Assembly: GCA_964492235.1 (NCBI GenBank)
Contig: CAZBJQ010000002.1
Span: 1 to 56,370, forward strand
DNA: 56,370 bases
Source of the DNA: an uncultured Anaerolineaceae bacterium
GTDB lineage: Bacteria; Chloroflexota; Anaerolineae; Anaerolineales; E44-bin32
Reading direction: 5' to 3'
The notes beneath the pieces are model-generated. The model was not told where the DNA came from. It made no database searches and saw nothing but the letters and a program-made list of their open reading frames with translations. Shown here one piece after another: positions 48,286 to 55,269 of the stretch. The translations under genes were made by a program, and so were the position numbers. Numbering within the stretch: position 1 is the first letter of the stretch; every line of letters starts with the position of its first letter.

Positions 48286-49035
48286 ATGAGCCACAAGAAT
48301 GCGGCCTCCCATCGGCAGACCGATCAGTACTTGCGGACGCAGGTGGCGTTGGCGCAACTGCTCGAGCGGACCGCGCCAGGATCGTTCCTGCCTTCGGAGC
48401 CGCAGCTGGCCCGACAGCTCAGTGTCTCTCGCGCTACGCTGCGTGAGGCCATGCGCTCGTTCGAGGAAGACGGCCGAATCGTCCGCCGACAGGGCGTGGG
48501 CACGGTGGTCACACGCAAGCCCAGGGTTCTTGAGAGCGGCCTGGAAGTGCTGGAGAGCATTGACAGCATGGCTGCTCGGATCGGTCTGGAAGTCGAAGTC
48601 GGTTCGCTAGCCGTGCAGCTGGCGGAGGCCGAGGGCGGCGAGCGGGACATGATGGGGCTGGCGCCTGGAGAGCGCCTGACCGAGATCTCGAGGGGAATCC
48701 TGGCCGGCGGGCGGCCGGTGGCTTTCCTCATCGACCGGGTCCCGGCGACCGTGCTACACCCGAGTGCCCTGGAGGCAGGGTTCGGGGGATCGGTGCTGGA
48801 CCTATTCCTCGGTCGCGGCGCCCCGGTCCTCGACTATTCCCGCACGGAGATCAGCGCCGTCTCGGCCTCGCACGACGTGGCGCGCCAGCTGCGGATCCAG
48901 CGGGGGGACGTTCTGTTGCACCTCGAGGCGTATCTATACACCGCCTCGGGTGTGGCCGTGGATCACAGCCAGAGCTACTTCCTGCCGGGCACATTCTGTT
49001 TTCACGTCGTCCGACGCCTGAACCGGCACGCTTGA
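48286..49035 (+). CDS. GntR family transcriptional regulator, HutC/FarR subfamily (wHTH plus UTRA domain)
   Basis: LPSEPQLARQLSVSRATLREAMRSFEEDGRIVRRQGVGTVV is followed by a UTRA-like C-terminal half. The gene starts 3 nt after the ade stop. Confidence 0.9.
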   Translation: MSHKNAASHRQTDQYLRTQVALAQLLERTAPGSFLPSEPQLARQLSVSRATLREAMRSFEEDGRIVRRQGVGTVVTRKPRVLESGLEVLESIDSMAARIGLEVEVGSLAVQLAEAEGGERDMMGLAPGERLTEISRGILAGGRPVAFLIDRVPATVLHPSALEAGFGGSVLDLFLGRGAPVLDYSRTEISAVSASHDVARQLRIQRGDVLLHLEAYLYTASGVAVDHSQSYFLPGTFCFHVVRRLNRHA

Positions 49036-49128
49036 TCACGAAGGTGGGTATCCAGATCGACACGAACCGACCGTCCGAAGGTCCGAGGCCAGCCAGCTGG
49101 TCTCAGTCATGCACAAGGAGCAAAGAGA

Positions 49129-50079
49129 ATGCGCAGTTTCATGGGGAGGGATATCCTCTCGCTCAAGGGCTTCGAGCGCTCGGAGTACTTCCGTGTCTTC
49201 GAGGCAGCCGACCGCCTGGCGCCCTTCGCCCGAGACCGTAAGAACACCGACCTGCTCCGGGAGAAGATATTGGTCACCGCCTTCTACCAGCCGAGCACGC
49301 GCACCCGCCTGGCGCACGAGGCCGCCATGCTTCGGCTGGGCGGCAAGGTGACCGGCTTCTCCGACGCCAAGATGACCCGCGCCGGCGACTTCTACCAGGA
49401 GTCGATCAAGGACACGGTTCACATGCTTGAATACTACGGAGATGTGATCGTCATGCGTCACTTCCAGCAAGGCGCGCCGCACGAAGCCGCCCGCTGGTCG
49501 AGCGTTCCGGTCATCAACGCCGGTGACGGCTGGGGGGAGCATCCCACACAGGTTCTGACTGACATGTACACCATCTACAAGGAGAAGGGCCGGCTGGATG
49601 GACTCAACTTCCTGCTCATCGGCGACATGCGGATGCGGACCATGCATTCGATCAGTTACGCCATGAGCCAGTTCGATATCCAGGCTACATACATCGCTCC
49701 GCCCGAGATGTCGCTCACGCCGGAGTTCAAGAAGGAGCTGGACGGACTCAACCTGACTTACCGCGAGGTCGACCACGTCTCCAAGGCGATTGCTGACGCG
49801 GATGTAGTCTACATGGAGCCGGTCGTACAGCCGGACTACACCAAGTCGCGCGACGAGCGTAAAGGAGATGTTGGCTTGACGCCGGCCAACTACCAGGTGA
49901 CAAAGGCCCTGATGCGCAAAGCCAAGCCGGACTCGCTGATCCTGCACTCGCTACCGCGCATGGACGAGCTGCTGGAGGAGGTCGATGACACGCGCCACGC
50001 CCGCTACTGGGAAGAGGCCTTCAATGGCGTGGTTGTGCGCATGGCCCTGTTGGCCCTGGTGCTGGGTGCGATGGAGTAG
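49129..50079 (+). CDS. Aspartate-carbamoyltransferase-like carbamoyltransferase (PyrB-class fold, divergent second-substrate site)
   Basis: The carbamoyl-phosphate motifs PSTRTR, VMRH and HPTQ are present, together with HSLPR and the C-terminal NGVVVRMALLALVLG. Overall it is collinear with E. coli PyrB by eye. AAGGAG lies 8 nt before the ATG. Confidence 0.85.
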   Translation: MRSFMGRDILSLKGFERSEYFRVFEAADRLAPFARDRKNTDLLREKILVTAFYQPSTRTRLAHEAAMLRLGGKVTGFSDAKMTRAGDFYQESIKDTVHMLEYYGDVIVMRHFQQGAPHEAARWSSVPVINAGDGWGEHPTQVLTDMYTIYKEKGRLDGLNFLLIGDMRMRTMHSISYAMSQFDIQATYIAPPEMSLTPEFKKELDGLNLTYREVDHVSKAIADADVVYMEPVVQPDYTKSRDERKGDVGLTPANYQVTKALMRKAKPDSLILHSLPRMDELLEEVDDTRHARYWEEAFNGVVVRMALLALVLGAME

Positions 50080-50144
50080 AGTGGGCAAGGGGCGCGGGAA
50101 AACCCGCCGGGCGCAACCTCTCGCCCCGGACAAGGAGAGCACGA

Positions 50145-51128
50145 ATGCAGACGGACTTGCGCGGGCGCGATCTGATCGGCGACCTCGACTTCAGTCGAGA
50201 AGAAGTCGAGACCGTTCTGGATGTGGCCTTTGACCTCAAGCGCAAACGAGCGCTGGGCGAACCGCATGCCTACTTGCGGGACAAGGTGCTGGCCATGCTG
50301 TTTTTCTTCAGCAGCACCCGCACGCGGGGCTCGTTTGAAGCCGGTATGGCCCAACTGGGCGGCCACGCCGCGTTCATCGAGGCGAAGACCACCCAGATCG
50401 CACACGGGGACACCCCCAAGGAGATCGGCCAGATCTTCGGCCGCTACTTCGACGGCATCGCCATCCGCCACGTCGACTGGGGGATCGGCAACAAGTACCT
50501 CAATGACGTCGCTCAGCATTCACGCGTGCCCGTGTTGAATATGCAGTGTGAGGTCTACCACCCCTTCCAGATCCTGGCTGACCTGATGACAATCCTCGAG
50601 AAGAAGGGCCGCGATCTGCGTCGAAAGAAGATGGTCGTCTCCTGGGCCTATGCCGCCTCCTACCAGAAGCCGATGTCGGTCCCTCAATCGTTGGTGCTGC
50701 AAATGCCGCGCTTCGGGCTGGACGTCGTCCTGGCCCACCCGCCGGAGTTCAAGCTGATGCCCGAAGTGATGGAGCAGGCACGGGCCCAGGCCAAGCGCTA
50801 TGGCACGGGCTTCGATGTCACCGATGACATGGACCAGGCCTTCAAGGAGGCCGACATCGTTTACGCCAAGTCGTGGGGAGCCATGCTCACCACGACCGAT
50901 CAGGATCAGGGCTCGAAGATCATCAAGAAGTACGAGTCGTGGATCACCGATGAGCGGCGCATGAAGCTGGCCAAGGCCGACGCCATCTACATGCACCCGC
51001 TGCCGGCGGACCGGAACGTCGAAGTCACAGATGCCGTCCTTGACAGCGGGCAGAGCGTGGTCTACGACGAGGCCGAGAACCGCATGCACGCCCAGAAGGC
51101 GGTCATGGCGCTGACGATGCGGTCGTGA
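50145..51128 (+). CDS. YgeW-like (knotted AOTCase/SOTCase/YgeW clade) carbamoyltransferase
   Basis: SSTRTR, QIAHGDT, LNMQCEVYHPFQILADL, VVSWAYAASYQKPMSVPQS, RFGLDVVLAHPPEF, EADIVYAKSWG and YMHPLPADRN run parallel to the E. coli YgeW sequence as I recall it. Confidence 0.8.
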   Translation: MQTDLRGRDLIGDLDFSREEVETVLDVAFDLKRKRALGEPHAYLRDKVLAMLFFFSSTRTRGSFEAGMAQLGGHAAFIEAKTTQIAHGDTPKEIGQIFGRYFDGIAIRHVDWGIGNKYLNDVAQHSRVPVLNMQCEVYHPFQILADLMTILEKKGRDLRRKKMVVSWAYAASYQKPMSVPQSLVLQMPRFGLDVVLAHPPEFKLMPEVMEQARAQAKRYGTGFDVTDDMDQAFKEADIVYAKSWGAMLTTTDQDQGSKIIKKYESWITDERRMKLAKADAIYMHPLPADRNVEVTDAVLDSGQSVVYDEAENRMHAQKAVMALTMRS

Positions 51129-51153
51129 CAACTATGCGGGCTTCACTCCTAGC

Positions 51154-51249
51154 GGGTGGGGTTTCTGCCCCACCCCCTGACCCCCTCCCCGCAGACTTGC
51201 GGGGCACGCTGCCGACCGCTGGCAGCAGGGAGGGGTGAGGGGTGGGGGT
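51154..51249. repeat. G/C-tract imperfect palindromic (REP-like) element with nested hairpins and G-quadruplex motifs
   Basis: GGGTGGGG (51154-61) pairs with CCCCACCC (51168-75). Inner hairpins are CCCCGCA/TGCGGGG (51187-51204) and GCTGCC/GGCAGC (51208-51226). A C-tract arm (51168-51190) is complementary to a G-tract arm (51228-51248). The octamer GGGTGGGG recurs at 51240-47. Confidence 0.6.
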
Positions 51250-51291
51250 TCGTTTCACATGTCCAGCGTCGGTCGGGAGGCATGCGCCAGG

Positions 51292-52233
51292 ATGAGCAAA
51301 ATCGCAGTGATTGCCGTGGGGGGCAATTCGCTGATCAAAGACAAGCAGCATCAGACCATCCCCGACCAGTACCAGGCGGCCGTCGAGTCGATGGCGCACA
51401 TCGCCGGTATGATAGAAGCTGGGTGGGATGTACTGGTGACGCACGGGAATGGCCCCCAGGTCGGCTTCATCCTGCGGCGGGCCGAGCTGTCACTGCACGA
51501 ACTGCACATGGTGGGGCTGGACTACTGCGGGGCCGACTCGCAGGGCGCCATCGGCTACATGTTCCAACGCGCGCTGTACAATGAGTTCCGCCGGCGCGGG
51601 ATCAAGAAAGACGCGGCGACCATCGTCACCCAGACCCTGGTGGACAGGAAGGACCCTGCCTTTCAGAACCCCAGCAAGCCGATCGGTTCGTTTATGGACC
51701 AGGAGCAGGCTGCGAAACACCGCCAGACCGATGGCTGGGCGGTGGTCGAGGACGCCGGGCGCGGCTGGCGGCGCGTTGTGCCCTCCCCGGACCCGAAGCG
51801 AGTGATCGAAGGACCTGCCATCAAGCAGCTGGTCGACGCCGGCTTCGTCGTCATCTGCGTCGGCGGCGGCGGGATCCCGGTGATCGAGGATGAGAACGGC
51901 GACCTGCAGGGCGTGGAAGCCGTGATCGACAAGGACTTCGGCGGCGCCCTGCTGGCCAGCGCCGTCCAGGCTGATCTGTTTCTGATCACCACCGCCGTCG
52001 AGAAAGTCGCCCTCAACTTCAACAAGCCGGACCAGGTGTGGCTCGACCGGTTGACCCTGGCCGAAGCCCGTCAACACCTGGCGGATGGGCAGTTTGCCAA
52101 AGGGAGCATGGGGCCGAAAATAGAGGCCATCCTCCGCTACCTGGAAAGCGGTGGCAAGGAAGCCCTGATCACCGACCCGGCCAACATCGAGCGGGCCCTG
52201 CAGGGGATGACCGGCACACGCATCGTGCCGTGA
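51292..52233 (+). CDS. arcC: Carbamate kinase
   Basis: KIAVIAVGGNSL, VTHGNGPQVG, YCGADSQGAIGY, GWRRVVPSP.P, ICVGGGGIPV, EAVIDKD and GSMGPKIEA are present. Confidence 0.92.
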   Translation: MSKIAVIAVGGNSLIKDKQHQTIPDQYQAAVESMAHIAGMIEAGWDVLVTHGNGPQVGFILRRAELSLHELHMVGLDYCGADSQGAIGYMFQRALYNEFRRRGIKKDAATIVTQTLVDRKDPAFQNPSKPIGSFMDQEQAAKHRQTDGWAVVEDAGRGWRRVVPSPDPKRVIEGPAIKQLVDAGFVVICVGGGGIPVIEDENGDLQGVEAVIDKDFGGALLASAVQADLFLITTAVEKVALNFNKPDQVWLDRLTLAEARQHLADGQFAKGSMGPKIEAILRYLESGGKEALITDPANIERALQGMTGTRIVP

Positions 52234-52338
52234 GAACCGAGCGGACAGAGAGGGGGAGGAGGTGGACCGAAGCGAGCTCACAGCACCGCGCTAACATGGA
52301 AACGATTTCGGTTTTGTCAATCACAGGGAGGAGCTGAA

Positions 52339-53619
52339 ATGCATAAGCGATTCTGGACTCTGGCCAGCCTGCTGATCGTCGCGGCCATCGTGCTGGCGGC
52401 GTGTGGTGGTGGCGGCGAAACGCCGGCCGCCCCGGAACAGCCGGTGGAACCGGCCGCAACCGAGGTGCCGGCCGCACCGGCACCCGCCGAGGAGACAGGC
52501 GGCTTCGAGATCCCCGAGGTCGAGGAAGGCAAGTTCAACGTGGCCATGGTTTTGATTGGCCCGCACAATGATGGCGGCTGGTCGCAGGCCCATTTCGAGG
52601 GCCTGGAGTATGTTGCCGACAACGTCGTCAACACACACGTCGCCTACATCGAGAACGTGCCGGAGGGCACGGAGTCCGAGCAGGTGTTCCGCAGCCTGGC
52701 GCGCAAGGGCTTCGACCTGATCTTCGGGACCTCCTTCGGATTCATGGATCCGATGGAAATCGTCGCCGGGGAGTTTCCGGACACCACCTTCAGCCACATC
52801 AGCGGTTACAAGTCCAACATGACGAACTTCGGCAACTTGTTCGGAGCCATGGAGGACATGAAGTATCTGGCGGGCATGCTCGCCGGTGCCCGCGCCAAGG
52901 CCGACGGGAATCCCAAGATCGGCTATATGGCCACCTTCCCGATTCCCGAAGAAATCCGCTTGGGGAATGCCATCGCGTTGGGGATGAAGGAAACCTGCCC
53001 CGAGTGCACGATGGACGTGCGCTGGATCAACACCTGGCATGACCCGATCATCGAGAAGGATGCTGCCGCCTCACTCTTCGACGCCGGTGCCCAGGTGGTC
53101 TTCACTGGCGCCGACACGCCGGCCGTGGCCGATGTCGCCCAGGAGAAGGGCAAGTGGGGCATCACTTACGACTGGTCCGGTTCGTGCAAAGTCGATGCCT
53201 GCCTGACCGCGCCCTACTGGAATTGGGGCCCGGTGTACGCCGGCATCACCCAGGGCCTGATCGACGGCACCTATGAAGTCGGGTGGGATTACTTCGACGC
53301 CGACAGCGGCGGCCTAGGCCTGTACGGCTTCATGGAGGGTGAACAGCTCACCAAGGGCATGGCCGATCTGCCGCCCGAGGTCATCGCCATGGTCCAGGAC
53401 ACGCTGGCCAAGATGTTGGCGGGTGAGTTCAACCGCTTCGACGTCTTCGCTGGCGAGATCCTGGATAACCAGGGCACGGTGATTGTGCCGGCCGGCGAGA
53501 AGATGCAGCAGTCCGACCTCGACCAGTTCCCGCCAGGAGCCCCCGGCCTCGAGTGCCAGTACTGTATGTATTGGTGGGCCGACGGGATCGCCTCGGAGCT
53601 GCCGAGTCTGGGCGGATAA
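52339..53619 (+). CDS. BMP-family (PnrA/Med-like) ABC transporter substrate-binding lipoprotein
   Basis: The lipobox is LIVAAIVLAAC, followed by a Pro/Ala/Glu linker and then FNVAMVLIGPHNDGGWSQAHFEGL. GGGAGGAG precedes the ATG. Confidence 0.88.
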   Translation: MHKRFWTLASLLIVAAIVLAACGGGGETPAAPEQPVEPAATEVPAAPAPAEETGGFEIPEVEEGKFNVAMVLIGPHNDGGWSQAHFEGLEYVADNVVNTHVAYIENVPEGTESEQVFRSLARKGFDLIFGTSFGFMDPMEIVAGEFPDTTFSHISGYKSNMTNFGNLFGAMEDMKYLAGMLAGARAKADGNPKIGYMATFPIPEEIRLGNAIALGMKETCPECTMDVRWINTWHDPIIEKDAAASLFDAGAQVVFTGADTPAVADVAQEKGKWGITYDWSGSCKVDACLTAPYWNWGPVYAGITQGLIDGTYEVGWDYFDADSGGLGLYGFMEGEQLTKGMADLPPEVIAMVQDTLAKMLAGEFNRFDVFAGEILDNQGTVIVPAGEKMQQSDLDQFPPGAPGLECQYCMYWWADGIASELPSLGG

Positions 53620-53638
53620 GCACCACCGCCACCCATCA

Positions 53639-53665
53639 GGGGTCGGGGCACGTTGCCCCGGCCCC
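53639..53665 (+). promoter_or_regulatory. Intercistronic GC-rich stem-loop between the binding-protein and ATPase genes
   Basis: In GGGGTCGGGGCA-cgt-TGCCCCGGCCCC the arms form a 12-bp stem (one G-U pair). No U-tract follows. The position is typical of hairpins that raise the binding-protein to transporter ratio. Confidence 0.45.
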
Positions 53666-53688
53666 TGTCAACCTTCCAGGGCAGGCTG

Positions 53689-55269
53689 ATGACTTCCGAC
53701 GACAGGCAAGTTGCGGCCGTCGAGATGCGGGGGATCACAAAGCGTTTCCCCGGCGTCCTGGCCAACGACTCGGTCGACTTTACACTGCGGCAGGGCGAGA
53801 TCCATGCCCTGCTGGGTGAGAACGGCGCCGGCAAGAGCACCCTGGTGAATGTGCTCACTGGGCTGTACCAGCCCGACGCAGGTACCATCCTGGTCAACGG
53901 TCAGCCGGTGGCCTTCGGCTCGCCGGGAGATGCCATCCGAAACGGGATCGGAATGGTTCACCAGCACTTCATGCTGGTCCCCACCCAAACTGTCACTGAA
54001 AACATCCTTCTTGGCCTCGACAAGCCTCGCTTCATCATGCGGACGGCGGGTTTCGATCGGGAGATCGGCGCCCTGGGCGAGAGGTACGGATTGCGGGTCG
54101 ATCCGGGCGCCAAGATCTGGCAGATCTCGGTCGGCGAACAGCAGCGGGTCGAGATCTTGAAGATCCTCTACCGCGGGGTGCGCGTGCTGATCATGGATGA
54201 GCCGACAGCAGTCCTCGCACCGCAGGAGATCGATGAGCTGTTCCGCACGTTGCGGTCGATGGTCGCCGAGGGCAAGTCGGTCGTCTTCATCAGCCACAAG
54301 CTCAATGAGGTCACGCGGATCGCTGACCGAATCACCGTTCTTCGCAAAGGCAGAGTGATGGCAGCCGGACTGCGACCTTCGGAGACCGACACCAGCGAGC
54401 TGGCGCGCCTGATGGTCGGCCGGGAGGTCATTTTTCAGCTGGAACGCAAGCCCAGACAGGCGGGCGAGGTCGTGCTGGCTGTGGAAGAAGTCCATGCGCT
54501 GAACGATCGCGGACTGGCCGCGTTGCGCGGCCTGTCACTGAACGTCCGGGCAGGGGAGATCGTCGGGCTGGCCGGCGTGGCGGGTAATGGACAATCCGAG
54601 CTGGCCGAGGTGATCACCGGGCTGAGGGCTCCGACCCGCGGCAGAGTGCTGGTGGGCGGGGAAGTTGTCGTGGATGGCACGCAGGGTGGCGGGACCAAAG
54701 GGCGAGTCATCGAACGCCTGATCCGGGCCGGCGTGTCCCACATCCCCGAGGACCGGACGCACGTGGGAACGGCGCCCAACCTGTCCGTCACAGACAATCT
54801 GATCATGAAGGGCTACCGCAGCCCGCCGATCGGCCGGGGTTGGTCGGTGGATGGCACTGCCGCCCGGTCGCGGGCAGCCCAATTGCGCCGGGAGTATGAC
54901 ATCACCGCCCCGTCTGTGGATACGCCCGTCAGACTCCTCTCTGGCGGGAACCTGCAGCGGTTGATTCTTGCCAGAGAGATCTCCAGCAAGCCTAAACTGA
55001 TGATCGCCATGCAGCCGACACGCGGTCTGGACGTCGGAGCGATCGAAGGCGTGCAGCGATTGCTCCTCGAGCAGCGGGACGCTGGCGCGGCCGTCCTGCT
55101 GGTGTCTGAGGAATTGGACGAGCTGATGAGCCTGAGCGACAGAATCTACGTCATCTTCGCCGGGGAAATCATGGGCGAGGTGCGTCAGACCGATATCGCC
55201 TCCCTGGGCATGATGATGACCGGCCAGCGCCTGGAGACCATCGCCGCATTGGCAGGAGGCAAGCCGTGA
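53689..55269 (+). CDS. ABC transporter ATP-binding protein with two nucleotide-binding domains (CUT2/nucleoside type)
   Basis: The first NBD has GENGAGKST, LSVGEQQRVEI and LIMDEPT. The second NBD has GVAGNGQSEL, LSGGNLQRL and VSEELDE. Confidence 0.92.
   Translation: MTSDDRQVAAVEMRGITKRFPGVLANDSVDFTLRQGEIHALLGENGAGKSTLVNVLTGLYQPDAGTILVNGQPVAFGSPGDAIRNGIGMVHQHFMLVPTQTVTENILLGLDKPRFIMRTAGFDREIGALGERYGLRVDPGAKIWQISVGEQQRVEILKILYRGVRVLIMDEPTAVLAPQEIDELFRTLRSMVAEGKSVVFISHKLNEVTRIADRITVLRKGRVMAAGLRPSETDTSELARLMVGREVIFQLERKPRQAGEVVLAVEEVHALNDRGLAALRGLSLNVRAGEIVGLAGVAGNGQSELAEVITGLRAPTRGRVLVGGEVVVDGTQGGGTKGRVIERLIRAGVSHIPEDRTHVGTAPNLSVTDNLIMKGYRSPPIGRGWSVDGTAARSRAAQLRREYDITAPSVDTPVRLLSGGNLQRLILAREISSKPKLMIAMQPTRGLDVGAIEGVQRLLLEQRDAGAAVLLVSEELDELMSLSDRIYVIFAGEIMGEVRQTDIASLGMMMTGQRLETIAALAGGKP

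Noticed and set aside
49092-49104. CTGGTCTCAGTCA upstream of the ATCase-like gene, resembling half of a DasR/NagR-type GntR operator
   Set aside because: Only one half-site matches and the second half is degenerate. It is mentioned under the promoter/operator finding but not annotated as a feature.
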